A stretch of 40,409 nucleotides of DNA. Source: Pseudomonadota bacterium. GTDB lineage: Bacteria > Pseudomonadota > Gammaproteobacteria > Burkholderiales > Burkholderiaceae_C. Shown here one piece after another: positions 31,751 to 40,409 of the stretch. Under the pieces are notes generated by a model. That model had not been told where the DNA came from. It worked only from the letters and a program-made list of their open reading frames with translations, and searched no databases. The DNA lies in contig JAEWVY010000021.1 of NCBI GenBank assembly GCA_023396625.1, positions 1 through 40,409 on the forward strand, given 5' to 3'. The translations under genes were made by a program, and so were the position numbers. Positions within the stretch are counted from its first letter, which is position 1, and each line of letters begins with the position of its first letter.

Positions 31751-32617
31751 TCAGCGCTGCCCCATGAAATCGCGAGCGAACTGATAGGCCACGCGGCCAC
31801 TGCGCGAGCCACGCTCCAGCGCCCAGACCAGTGCCTCCGACCGGGCTTCTTCTATCAGTTTTCGATCGGCCCCCAGCGACGAAAGCCATTGCCCCACGAT
31901 GCTCAGGTATTCATCCTGACTGAAAGGGTAGAAACTGACCCAGAGACCAAAGCGCTCCGAGAGTGAAATCTTTTCCTCGACCGCCTCACCGGGATGCACT
32001 TCTCCGTCATCCGCGTGGACATAACCCAGGTTCTCCTTCATGTACTCCGGCAGGAGGTGACGTCGGTTGCTGGTGGCGTAGATCAGCACATTGGGCGACG
32101 CTGCAGCCACCGATCCGTCAAGTATGGACTTGAGTGCCTTGTACCCAGCCTCACCCTCCTCGAAACTCAGGTCGTCGCAGAAAACAATGAATTTTTCTGG
32201 CAAACCGGACACGACATCGACGATGTCTGGCAGATCGGTCAAATCGGCCTTGTCCACCTCGATCAGGCGCAACCCGTTCGCGGCGTATGTGTTCAGGCAC
32301 GCCTTGATCATGGACGATTTCCCCGTGCCCCTGGCGCCAGTCAGCAGCACATTGTTCGCGGGTTTGCCTTCGACAAATTGAAGGGTGTTGCGCTGGATTT
32401 TTTCTTTCTGGGCATCGATTTCGCGCAAATCTTCGAGCCGGATCGCCGACACATGCTGCACAGGCTCCAGGACGCCGTGACCGGACGCCCGCTTGCGGTA
32501 GCGCCACGCCGTGGCCAGCGTCCAGTCCGGGGCCGACAGGGGTTGTGGCAGCACCGACTCGATACGGGCCAGCAGGGTTTCGGCCCGGGAAAGGAGACGC
32601 TCGAATTTTTCGTTCAC
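31751..32617 (-). CDS. DUF815-family AAA-type ATP-binding protein (function unknown)
   Basis: 288 aa. Walker A LLTGARGTGKSS and Walker B-like IVFCDDLSF. Confidence 0.8.
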   Translation of the reverse strand: MNEKFERLLSRAETLLARIESVLPQPLSAPDWTLATAWRYRKRASGHGVLEPVQHVSAIRLEDLREIDAQKEKIQRNTLQFVEGKPANNVLLTGARGTGKSSMIKACLNTYAANGLRLIEVDKADLTDLPDIVDVVSGLPEKFIVFCDDLSFEEGEAGYKALKSILDGSVAAASPNVLIYATSNRRHLLPEYMKENLGYVHADDGEVHPGEAVEEKISLSERFGLWVSFYPFSQDEYLSIVGQWLSSLGADRKLIEEARSEALVWALERGSRSGRVAYQFARDFMGQR

Positions 32618-32632
32618 GCCACGCGCTCCGGC

Positions 32633-33862
32633 TCAGGAGCGGTAATCCGCATTGATGGAGACATAGTCATGGCTCAAGTCGCAGGTCCACACCGTGTCAC
32701 TGGCCATCCCGCGCCCAAGCACCACTTTGACCGTGATTTCGCTCTGTCGCATCACACGCTGGCCATCTTCCTCCCTGTAGTCAGGATGCCGTCCGCCACG
32801 GGTCGCCACGTGGACCTCGTCCAGATACAGATCGATCCGCGACGGATCGAGATCGTCGATGCCCGCATAACCGACCGCGGCGAGGATGCGCCCCAGGTTC
32901 GGGTCGCTGGCGAAAAAGGCGGTCTTAACCAGCGGGGAATGTGCAATGGCGTAGGCCACTTTCCGACATTCCGTGAAGTCGACACCGCCCTCAATCTGAA
33001 GTGTGATGAACTTGGTCGCCCCTTCACCATCGCGCACGATCGCCTGCGCGAGAAGGCGCGCGACTTCCATCATGGCACGCTTGAGCTCCAGGCCGTGGCC
33101 ATCATCGAGCGACACGATGGGTGCATGGCCCGCCTTGTGGGTCGCGATCACCACAAAGGAGTCATTGGTCGAAGTATCCCCGTCGATCGTGATCCGGTTG
33201 AACGAGGCCTGTGCCAGTTCGGTCACCAGCTCCTGCATGAGCGAGGGCGCAATGCAGGCATCAGTGGCCATGAAACCCAGCATCGTCGCCATGTTGGGAC
33301 GGATCATGCCCGCGCCCTTGCTGATGCCAGTGATTGAGACCGGCTTTCCCTCGATGACGATCCGCTTGCTGAACGCCTTTGGCACCGTATCGGTCGTCAT
33401 GATGCCCTCTGCCGCTCGTGCCCAGTGATTCGGCCCGGCATCCGCCACTGCAGCTGGCAACCCCGCCTCGATCCGGTCGAGAGGCAATGGCTCCATGATG
33501 ACGCCCGTCGAGAAAGGCAGGATCTGCTGCGGCGACAAATCCAGGTATCCGGCAAGCGCAGCGCAACTGGCCCGTGCCCGTGCCAGCCCGTCGGCGCCCG
33601 TGCCGGCATTGGCATTCCCCGTATTGATCACCATCGCCCGGATGCTTTGGCCCTGTGCAAGGTGCTCTTGGCAAACCTGCACCGGCGCCGCACAAAAGCG
33701 GTTGCGCGTGAAAACGCCGGCCACGCTGGCTCCTTCGTCGAGAAGGAACACTGTCAGGTCCTTCCTGCCGGCCTTGCGGATGCCGGCTTCGGCGGTGCCG
33801 ATGCGTACACCGGGCACGGGAAGGAGATCAGACGCTTTCGGAGCAGACAGATTGACTGACAT
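32633..33862 (-). CDS. argJ: Bifunctional glutamate N-acetyltransferase / amino-acid acetyltransferase
   Basis: The start is trimmed to [10 protein letters not shown]. Self-processing site region [14 protein letters not shown]. Confidence 0.93.
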   Translation of the reverse strand: MSVNLSAPKASDLLPVPGVRIGTAEAGIRKAGRKDLTVFLLDEGASVAGVFTRNRFCAAPVQVCQEHLAQGQSIRAMVINTGNANAGTGADGLARARASCAALAGYLDLSPQQILPFSTGVIMEPLPLDRIEAGLPAAVADAGPNHWARAAEGIMTTDTVPKAFSKRIVIEGKPVSITGISKGAGMIRPNMATMLGFMATDACIAPSLMQELVTELAQASFNRITIDGDTSTNDSFVVIATHKAGHAPIVSLDDGHGLELKRAMMEVARLLAQAIVRDGEGATKFITLQIEGGVDFTECRKVAYAIAHSPLVKTAFFASDPNLGRILAAVGYAGIDDLDPSRIDLYLDEVHVATRGGRHPDYREEDGQRVMRQSEITVKVVLGRGMASDTVWTCDLSHDYVSINADYRS

Positions 33863-33951
33863 GGAACACCTTGGAATGTCGACGACGGCCACACGACCTC
33901 ACTGCTGCGGCGAATCGGGCCAGGATCCGCCGTCAGCGCACCTCCGCCAGC

Positions 33952-36723
33952 TCAGGCCAGTTGGCCGTGACAATGCTTGTACTTCTTCCCGCTGCCGCAA
34001 GGGCAGGGATCGTTGCGCCCCACGCGCGGGATCTGCTGTGCCGCCTGCATACCGGACGTTGACGTCGGCAATGTGTCGGCATCGACCACCGTTTCCACTT
34101 CGCCGGTCTCGGTGGGGGCGGTATACGTGACATTCGCGAGATGTTCGGCTCGTTGCTCGAGGTCCTCCGCTGCTTGGTCCAGTTGGTCACCCGACTGAAC
34201 CCTGACCGTCATCAACACCTTGGTGACTTCGTTCTTGACCGCGTCCAGCAGTTGGCCAAACAACTCGAATGCCTCGCGCTTGTATTCCTGCTTGGGTTGC
34301 TTCTGTGCGTAACCGCGCAAATGGATGCCCTGCCGGAGATAGTCAAGCGCGCTCAGGTGCTCGCGCCAATGGGAATCAATGCTTTGCAACAGCACGATGC
34401 GTTCGAATTGCGTAAAGTTCGAAGCGCCGATCTGTTCGACCTTGGTAGCAAACGCGGCGTTCGCCACAGCCAGGACCTTGTCGAGAATCTCGTCATCGGT
34501 CATTGACGACGACGCTTGGATTTCGTCCCGCAAGGGCAGGTCAATCTGCCAGTCTTCGGAAAGAATTTTTTCCAACCCGGCAATATCCCATTGTTCCTCG
34601 ACGGACTCGGGAGGGACATACGCATGCACCAGATCCGTAAAGCACCCTTGCCGGAGCGATTCGATCTGGGCGGACAGGTCACCCGCATCCAGAATGTCGT
34701 TGCGCTGCTGGTAGATCACCTTGCGCTGGTCATTGGAAACATCGTCGTACTCCAGCAGTTGCTTGCGAATATCGAAGTTCCGCGCTTCGACCTTGCGCTG
34801 CGCGCTTTCGATGCTTCGCGTCACGATACCTGCTTCGATGGCTTCTCCATCGGGCATCTTCAGGCGCTCCATGATCGCACGCACCCGGTCGCCGGCAAAA
34901 ATGCGCATCAACGGGTCGTCCAGGCTGAGATAAAAACGCGACGAGCCAGGGTCCCCCTGGCGCCCGGATCGGCCTCGCAGTTGGTTGTCGATCCGGCGGG
35001 ACTCGTGACGCTCCGTGGCGATAATTCGGAGCCCCCCCTGGGTCTTGACAAACTCATGGTCCGCCTGCCACTGGGCACGCAGAGCGTCGATCTTCGACTG
35101 GCGGGTGGCAGGATCAATCGAGTCGTCGGACTCCACCACCTCGATCAGCTTCTCCACGTTGCCACCGAGCACGATGTCGGTACCGCGTCCTGCCATGTTT
35201 GTGGCAATCGTGATCATGCCAGGTCGGCCGGCCTGCGCCACAATGTCGGCCTCGCGGGCATGCTGTTTGGCATTGAGCACCTGATGCGGCAACTTCTCCT
35301 GATCAAGCAGTTTGGAGATCAGCTCGGAATTTTCGATTGAAGTTGTGCCCACGAGCACGGGCTGCCGCCGCTCATGGCATTCCCGGATGTCCTTGATTGC
35401 CGCTTCGTACTTTTCACGTGCCGTCTTGTAGACCCGATCAAGCTGGTCATCACGGCGACTGGGCCGATTCGGCGGAATCACCACTGTCTCCAGCCCATAG
35501 ATTTCCTGGAACTCATAGGCTTCGGTATCGGCGGTCCCGGTCATGCCTGCGAGTTTGGCGTACAGACGGAAATAGTTCTGAAAAGTGATGGACGCCAACG
35601 TCTGGTTCTCTGCCTGGATGGCAACCCCTTCCTTTGCCTCCACCGCCTGATGCAGCCCATCGCTCCAACGGCGCCCCGTCATCAAGCGACCGGTAAATTC
35701 ATCAACAATGACGATTTCACCCTCCTGCACCACATAGTGCTGATCTCTGTGGTAGAGCTGATTGGCACGCAGCGCCGCGTAAAGATGGTGCATCAGTGTG
35801 ATGTTCGCGGGATCGTAGAGGCTGGCGCCCGGAGCGATAAGGCCATGCTCCGCAAGCAGACGCTCTGCGTTCTCGTGGCCCATCTCCGTGAGAAACACCT
35901 GATGCGCCTTTTCATCCACTGTAAAGTCGCCCGGCTTGACAATGCCCTCGCCCGTGCGGGGGTCGGCTTCACCCTCCTGTTTCTGCAGCAAAGGGGCCAC
36001 CTTGTTCATGGCCACATACATGGCCGTGTGGTCCTCCGCCTGGCCGCTGATGATCAGCGGAGTGCGCGCTTCGTCAATCAGGATCGAATCGACCTCGTCG
36101 ACGATCGCGTAGTTCAGCGGTCGCTGGACACGATCAGCCGCCTCGTAGACCATGTTGTCCCGCAGGTAGTCGAAGCCAAACTCGTTGTTGGTTCCGTAGG
36201 TAATGTCCGAGCGGTAGGCCGCCTGCTTTTCTTCCCGTGACAGGTGCGGCAGGTTGACCCCTACCGTCAAACCCAGAAAGTTGTACAGCCGTCCCATCCA
36301 CTGAGCATCGCGATTGGCCAGATAGTCGTTCACCGTGACGACGTGAACGCCCTTGCCCGTCAAGGCGTTGAGATAGACCGACAGCGTGGCCGTGAGTGTC
36401 TTGCCTTCACCGGTTCGCATCTCCGCAATCTTGCCCTGATGAAGTGCCATGCCGCCGAGCAATTGCACGTCGAAATGGCGCATCTTCATGACCCGCTTGG
36501 ATCCTTCCCGGACCACGGCAAAGGCCTCCGGCAGAATTTCCTCAAGTCCGGCGCCCGACGCCAGCCGTGCCTTCAGTTCCTGGGTCTTGCCACGCAACGC
36601 ATCATCGTCAAGACCTTCAAGTCCCGGTTCCAACGCATTCACACGCTCCACCACCCGGCGGTATTGCTTCAGAAGGCGGTCATTGCGACTGCCGAAAATT
36701 TTGGTCAGGAAATTGGTAGCCAT
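33952..36723 (-). CDS. secA: Preprotein translocase ATPase SecA
   Basis: The start is trimmed to [19 protein letters not shown]; the ATG is the complement of 36721-36723. C-terminal zinc motif [14 protein letters not shown]. Confidence 0.97.
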   Translation of the reverse strand: MATNFLTKIFGSRNDRLLKQYRRVVERVNALEPGLEGLDDDALRGKTQELKARLASGAGLEEILPEAFAVVREGSKRVMKMRHFDVQLLGGMALHQGKIAEMRTGEGKTLTATLSVYLNALTGKGVHVVTVNDYLANRDAQWMGRLYNFLGLTVGVNLPHLSREEKQAAYRSDITYGTNNEFGFDYLRDNMVYEAADRVQRPLNYAIVDEVDSILIDEARTPLIISGQAEDHTAMYVAMNKVAPLLQKQEGEADPRTGEGIVKPGDFTVDEKAHQVFLTEMGHENAERLLAEHGLIAPGASLYDPANITLMHHLYAALRANQLYHRDQHYVVQEGEIVIVDEFTGRLMTGRRWSDGLHQAVEAKEGVAIQAENQTLASITFQNYFRLYAKLAGMTGTADTEAYEFQEIYGLETVVIPPNRPSRRDDQLDRVYKTAREKYEAAIKDIRECHERRQPVLVGTTSIENSELISKLLDQEKLPHQVLNAKQHAREADIVAQAGRPGMITIATNMAGRGTDIVLGGNVEKLIEVVESDDSIDPATRQSKIDALRAQWQADHEFVKTQGGLRIIATERHESRRIDNQLRGRSGRQGDPGSSRFYLSLDDPLMRIFAGDRVRAIMERLKMPDGEAIEAGIVTRSIESAQRKVEARNFDIRKQLLEYDDVSNDQRKVIYQQRNDILDAGDLSAQIESLRQGCFTDLVHAYVPPESVEEQWDIAGLEKILSEDWQIDLPLRDEIQASSSMTDDEILDKVLAVANAAFATKVEQIGASNFTQFERIVLLQSIDSHWREHLSALDYLRQGIHLRGYAQKQPKQEYKREAFELFGQLLDAVKNEVTKVLMTVRVQSGDQLDQAAEDLEQRAEHLANVTYTAPTETGEVETVVDADTLPTSTSGMQAAQQIPRVGRNDPCPCGSGKKYKHCHGQLA

Positions 36724-36856
36724 GCGTGCGGGACCGCTCGGCGCACATCTCGCGCCCGGCGATCCCAATCCCTAAAAAGGTTTGAAACAGCTGAAGAATC
36801 GGTCATGGACCGCACTGAAAGCGGCAGCACGATCGACCGATGCCAAGACTGAGATT

Positions 36857-37828
36857 TTACCGTGCTGAACGCAGCGTCACTGCGGAAGGTATCTCTGCGG
36901 CTGCAAGCTGGGGGGCGCCCAGGTTTTCGCCGGCCCGCAGAAACTTTCCCGGATCCTGCTGAACCCCTTTGACCAGGACCTCAAAGTGCAGATGGGGTCC
37001 GGTGGAACGACCCGTGGTCCCGATTTCCCCGATCTTCTGCCCGCGCCGAACGAGGTCGCCTTTCTTCACGTGGACACGCGATGCATGCGCATACCGGCTC
37101 ACCAGTTCATTGCCATGATCGACTTCGATCATGTTGCCATATTCGGCATGAAACTCCTGCGTCACCACCACCCCGCCTGCGGCGGCCAGAATCGGTGTTC
37201 CGGCAGCCCCTGGAAAATCCAGCCCTGTGTGCAAGGCCGAGCGCCCGTTGAAGGGGTCGATACGCCAGCCAAATGACGACCCCATTGCCACTCCGCTCAC
37301 TGGCTTGGCCGTGGGCAGCATGGAGCGACGGAGTTTCTGATCCATCAGCCGTGATTCCATCACGGTGAAAAGATCCACTCTTTTGGCACGTGTTTCCTCC
37401 AGACCCGACAGGGTTGCCTGAAGTTGCTCCAGTGACAAGGACGGGCCGGGAATCAACGCCCCTCCACGACCCGGCAGCGTCCGAATCTCATCCGGATGAA
37501 TTCCAGCCAGGCCCGACACCCGTTCACCCAATGCGTCCAGTTGCAACAGCTTGGCCTGCATCTCACCAACCCTGCGCGCCATCGCGTCGATGTTCTCGCG
37601 CATAAACCGTTCTCGCTGCCCGACCTCCTCCCGGTCCATCGACCCGGTCAACGCCGTCACCAACGGCCACGCTTCATCCACGCCGATCCTCACTATCCAG
37701 TGGTAAAGGCTTGCCCCGGCAAAGATCAAGACCAGGGCGGCAAACAGGCCGGTGATGAAAACACGGGAACCCGTGAGATAGACAGCGCGACTTCTCGCCA
37801 GTCCCGCATCCGTGATAATCAAGTGCAC
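36857..37828 (-). CDS. M23-family peptidoglycan metalloendopeptidase (membrane-anchored, coiled-coil)
   Basis: 323 aa with an N-terminal TM segment. M23 motifs HTGLDF and GPHLHFEV. Confidence 0.88.
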   Translation of the reverse strand: MHLIITDAGLARSRAVYLTGSRVFITGLFAALVLIFAGASLYHWIVRIGVDEAWPLVTALTGSMDREEVGQRERFMRENIDAMARRVGEMQAKLLQLDALGERVSGLAGIHPDEIRTLPGRGGALIPGPSLSLEQLQATLSGLEETRAKRVDLFTVMESRLMDQKLRRSMLPTAKPVSGVAMGSSFGWRIDPFNGRSALHTGLDFPGAAGTPILAAAGGVVVTQEFHAEYGNMIEVDHGNELVSRYAHASRVHVKKGDLVRRGQKIGEIGTTGRSTGPHLHFEVLVKGVQQDPGKFLRAGENLGAPQLAAAEIPSAVTLRSAR

Positions 37829-37889
37829 TGGAGAATTCCTCTTCGGTTACCGTCGACACATTCCCTTGACCATCCGCCACCACCGCCCC

Positions 37890-38180
37890 GTGTCGCTCCA
37901 GCAGGCCGTCGAGTCAGCCCCCACGTTGGCCCGACTGACGGAGCTGGTGCGCGACTCCAGCGCTCGGCTGGCGGCGGTTCAGGCACTGATTCCCGCTTCC
38001 CTTCGCCCTTTCATCCAGGCGGGAGCCATCGATGGGGACACATGGTGCCTGCTTGTCGCCAGCACCGCCGCCGCCGCCAAATTGCGACAACTCCTACCTT
38101 CACTGCAGGCCCATCTGAAGAACCAGGGATGGGAGATTAACTCAATCCGCCTGAAGGTTCAAACCCGCCGGTCAATGTGA
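37890..38180 (+). CDS. DUF721 / DciA-like protein
   Basis: The ORF is open from 37812, but that ATG would overlap the divergent M23 start by 17 nt. In-frame alternative starts are the TTG at 37866 and the GTG at 37890. WCLLVASTAAAAKLRQLLPSLQAHL...IRLKV resembles the DUF721 family. The start is uncertain. Confidence 0.55.
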   Translation: MSLQQAVESAPTLARLTELVRDSSARLAAVQALIPASLRPFIQAGAIDGDTWCLLVASTAAAAKLRQLLPSLQAHLKNQGWEINSIRLKVQTRRSM

Positions 38181-38217
38181 CACCGCAGGCATAGCGAAGA
38201 AAGCCAACCATTGAAAA

Positions 38218-38293
38218 TGGTGCCGATTATCGGATTCGAACTGATGACCTACCGCTTACAAGGCGGTTGCTCTACCAACTGAGCTAAATCGGC
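38218..38293 (-). tRNA. tRNA-Thr (anticodon UGU)
   Basis: Hand-folded 76-nt cloverleaf on the minus strand: GCCGATT TA GCTC AGTTGGTA GAGC A ACCGC CTTGTAA GCGGT AGGTC ATCAG TTCGAAT CCGAT AATCGGC A CCA. There is one A-C mismatch in the T-stem. Confidence 0.88.
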
Positions 38294-38345
38294 AACGTGC
38301 CTATTCTACCGACCGTGCGCCATCGAGGCGCCCGGGGCATCGCTT

Positions 38346-38855
38346 TCACTTCACCCGCTTCAACGCTGGACGCGGGCCCGGAGGTGGCCTGGGCGGATCT
38401 TCGTCACCCGGTCCATCCGACACCTTCTCGGTTGAGACCAGCTGGACGACCCGGGCATCCGCCTGTCCCGCCGCACCCGCCTCTGGCGAGGTGCCTGGTA
38501 ACTCGGCGGGTACGCTCTGCTCCTGCACGGGAAATGCCATGCCTTGCCCGTTTTCACGGGAAAAAATCGCAACCACTCGGCCCACAGGAACCAGAATCTC
38601 GCGCGCAACTCCACCGAAACGCGCCTTGAATTCAATGAAATCGTTGCCAAGCCTCAAGGCACTTGTTGCTTCGGCGCTGATGTTCAATACGATTTCACCA
38701 TCCTTGACGTATTCCCGCGGCACGCGCACGCTGTCGTCCACGCGGACCGCGAGATACGGCGTGAGTCCATTGTCGTTGCACCACTCGTACAAGGCCCGGA
38801 TCAGATAGGGGCGTGTCGAGGCGCTATCCAGGGCATTCATCTTCGAATCAGACAA
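38346..38855 (-). CDS. sspB: ClpXP specificity-enhancing factor (stringent starvation protein B)
   Basis: 169 aa. RPYLIRALYEWCNDNGLTPYLAV is the SspB hallmark. It follows sspA. Confidence 0.93.
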   Translation of the reverse strand: MSDSKMNALDSASTRPYLIRALYEWCNDNGLTPYLAVRVDDSVRVPREYVKDGEIVLNISAEATSALRLGNDFIEFKARFGGVAREILVPVGRVVAIFSRENGQGMAFPVQEQSVPAELPGTSPEAGAAGQADARVVQLVSTEKVSDGPGDEDPPRPPPGPRPALKRVK

Positions 38856-38861
38856 GCGGCA

Positions 38862-39482
38862 CTACTTGCGCATCACCTTTTCGGAGGGTGTCAGGGCCTC
38901 AATGTAGGCCGGTCGGGAAAAAATCCGCTCGGCATATTTGAGCAGCGGCGCGGCATTCTTGCTCAGATCGATGCCGTAATAATCCAGGCGCCACAACAAG
39001 GGCGCGATGGCGACATCGAGCATGGAGAAACCTTCCCCAAGCATGTACTTGTTCTTGAGGAACACGGGAGCCAACTGCGTCAAGCGATCGCGAATGTGGG
39101 CGCGGGCCTTTTCGAGCGCCTTGTCGTTGCCCTTGGTCGCGCGGTTTTCCAGCGTCGACACATGAACGAACAGTTCTTTTTCAAAGTTCAGCAAAAACAG
39201 ACGGACCCGCGCGCGGTCCACAGGATCGCCGGGCATCAGCTGCGGGTGCGGGAAGCGCTCGTCAATGTACTCGTTGATGATGTTCGATTCGTACAGGATC
39301 AGGTCGCGCTCCACGAGAATCGGCACCTGCCCGTAAGGGTTCATCACATTGATGTCTTCCGGCTTGTTGTAGAGATCCACGTCACGGATCTCGAAATCCA
39401 TGCCTTTTTCAAACAGGACGAAACGGCAACGGTGCGAAAACGGGCAGGTCGTTCCTGAATATAAAACCATCATCTCGGACAC
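38862..39482 (-). CDS. sspA: Stringent starvation protein A (GST-like)
   Basis: 206 aa: MMVLYSGTTCPFSHRCRFVLFEKGMDFEIRDVD. Confidence 0.94.
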   Translation of the reverse strand: MSEMMVLYSGTTCPFSHRCRFVLFEKGMDFEIRDVDLYNKPEDINVMNPYGQVPILVERDLILYESNIINEYIDERFPHPQLMPGDPVDRARVRLFLLNFEKELFVHVSTLENRATKGNDKALEKARAHIRDRLTQLAPVFLKNKYMLGEGFSMLDVAIAPLLWRLDYYGIDLSKNAAPLLKYAERIFSRPAYIEALTPSEKVMRK

Positions 39483-39581
39483 TCCTAAAAATCAAAAGAG
39501 TGGCATGCGCCAGGTTCGGACCCGGCACATTCCACTCCACACCGGCTGGACTCCCGGCGGAGCCCACCCTGGCTTCACGTG

Positions 39582-40358
39582 CTACTTGACGTCTTTCCAG
39601 AAAGCCGCGTTCAGCCGCCACGTGATCACGGTGAACAGGCCCAGGAAAATCAGCACCCAGACACCGATACGAACACGTGTGTTCTGGGCCGGCTCACCCA
39701 TCCATTGAAGATAGTTCACCAAGTCCGCCACCGCCTGGTCATATTGCAGTGGCGTCATGGTGCCGGGGGTAATCTGCGTCCAGCCCTTGAACTGCTGAAC
39801 CGCGTGCCCATGCGCCTCCACCTCCTCGAACACGGGCTTGCGCTCGCCCTGCAATTCCCACAGCACATGTGGCATGCCCACGTTCGGGAACACCAGGTTG
39901 TTCCACCCTGACGGCTTGGACTCGTCGCGATAGAACGTCCGCATATAGGTATAGAGATAGTCGGCGCCGCTGCCCCCGGCTCCAGCCCGGGAACGGGCGA
40001 TCACCGTCAGGTCAGGCGGGTTGACGCCAAACCAGGCCTTGGCCTCCTTCGGATCGATCGCAGCCTTCATGGTGTCGCCCACCTTGTCGGTGGCGAACAA
40101 GAGGTTGTCCTTGATCTGCTGGTCGGTCAGGCCAATGTCACGCAACCGGTTGTAGCGCATGAACGCCGCAGAATGGCAGTTGAGGCAATAGTTGGCGAAC
40201 AGTTTCGCGCCGTTCTGGAGCGACCCCAGATCCGTGGTCTTGCCGGGCGCCTTGTCCCACGCGACACCGCCCCCCGTGGCGGCCACAGCCCCCATCGACA
40301 GACCCAGACCAAGAACCAGGCCGATCACCAGCGATTTGAAGTTTTTCATGGTTGACAC
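39582..40358 (-). CDS. petC: Cytochrome c1 of the ubiquinol-cytochrome c reductase (bc1) complex
   Basis: 258 aa with a signal peptide, heme-binding CLNCHS and a C-terminal TM anchor. The start may be the second Met (MKNFKS). Confidence 0.92.
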   Translation of the reverse strand: MSTMKNFKSLVIGLVLGLGLSMGAVAATGGGVAWDKAPGKTTDLGSLQNGAKLFANYCLNCHSAAFMRYNRLRDIGLTDQQIKDNLLFATDKVGDTMKAAIDPKEAKAWFGVNPPDLTVIARSRAGAGGSGADYLYTYMRTFYRDESKPSGWNNLVFPNVGMPHVLWELQGERKPVFEEVEAHGHAVQQFKGWTQITPGTMTPLQYDQAVADLVNYLQWMGEPAQNTRVRIGVWVLIFLGLFTVITWRLNAAFWKDVK

Positions 40359-40366
40359 TCTCCTGC

Positions 40367-40409
40367 TCAGTGCGCGTTGAAGATGACACGCTCCGGCACC
40401 GGCTTGGGT
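40367..40409 (-). CDS. petB: Cytochrome b (bc1 complex), 3' end only; the rest lies beyond the window
   Basis: Not in the ORF track. My minus-strand translation gives ...PKPVPERVIFNAH, then TGA (complement of 40367-40369). It lies 8 nt upstream of petC in the canonical petABC order. Confidence 0.6.
   Translation of the reverse strand, partial: PKPVPERVIFNAH

Noticed and set aside
31272-32617. The DUF815 AAA-type ATPase plus Nudix hydrolase as a candidate two-gene anti-phage defence system.
   Set aside because: The Nudix gene sits at the exact mutT position of a synteny block conserved from E. coli to Betaproteobacteria. There are no neighbouring defence, mobile or hypervariable genes, and I see no sharp local compositional break at these genes. 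A core cellular role is far more likely. It is kept only as a function-unknown note in the findings.
36705-36806. A 33-codon minus-strand upstream ORF ([33 protein letters not shown]) that overlaps the secA start codon out of frame, reminiscent of secM-type leader control.
   Set aside because: It has no Shine-Dalgarno sequence upstream of its ATG, no arrest-peptide-like motif and no hydrophobic signal sequence as in SecM. Short ORFs of this size arise by chance in GC-rich DNA. Conservation cannot be assessed from this window.
39141-39160. A fifth exact CCAGCGTC hit (CCAGCGTCGACACATGAACG), which resembles motif copy 3.
   Set aside because: It lies inside the sspA coding sequence on the antisense strand, and the downstream anchors (TGG, AGCTAC, TAGC) are absent. 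This fits the roughly one chance occurrence expected for an 8-mer.
24000-40409. An apparent drop in GC content and GC3 in the right-hand 16 kb, which might indicate a chimeric assembly or horizontal acquisition.
   Set aside because: Hand counts of about 15 sixty-nt lines per side gave roughly mid-60s % versus high-50s % GC. Codon third-position sampling was inconsistent: internal pilC stretches were about 90% GC3 and pilB about 80%, while secA ranged from 55 to 75% and argJ was about 74%. The first 30-60 codons of many genes on both sides are GC3-poor. Much of the difference looks like amino-acid composition plus N-terminal codon effects, and gene order is continuous, conserved synteny. It would need a proper sliding-window GC3 and tetranucleotide analysis before any claim.

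Overview
This is a high-GC chromosomal core region. My hand counts of single 60-nt lines range from the mid-50s to about 80% GC, mostly 55-70%. Gene order and a Bug-family binding protein point to a Burkholderiales/Comamonadaceae-like betaproteobacterium (inference). I call 41 protein-coding genes (two of them edge-truncated) and 2 tRNAs, packed almost wall to wall, and nearly all are housekeeping.

Gene content, left to right:
- a partial giant DUF3683/FAD/Fe-S oxidoreductase
- Pho-box-preceded ugpBAECQ
- a LysR + Bug binding protein + N-formylglutamate-amidohydrolase-family module
- a small membrane protein
- hemA-prfA-prmC-grxD
- a CNNM/CorC-type protein, a lytic transglycosylase, proS, rppH, a CNP1-like protein
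- proB-obgE-rpmA-rplU, ispB, tRNA-Pro
- pilBCD-coaE-zapD-yacG facing mutT-DUF815-argJ-secA. This is the ancient E. coli 2-minute synteny.
- an M23 peptidase, a DciA-like protein, tRNA-Thr, sspBA, petC and the 3' end of petB

The two genes that run off the window edges (1..3773 minus, 40367..40409 minus) are missing from the supplied ORF track. I recovered them by translating the sequence myself.

I see no integrase, transposase, IS end, CRISPR array, toxin-antitoxin pair or recognisable defence locus. No intergenic gap exceeds about 220 bp. I therefore do not think the sequence supports a strong claim of a novel multi-gene system.

The unexplained signals most worth a second look are:
- a short motif family (CCAGCGTC...TGG...AGCTAC...TAGC) confined to intergenic spacers
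- the poorly characterised >1250-aa DUF3683 flavo-iron-sulfur fusion protein
- the orphan LysR/Bug/FGase module
- the DUF815 ATPase wedged into the secA-mutT synteny
- a few operator-like palindromes and leader hairpins
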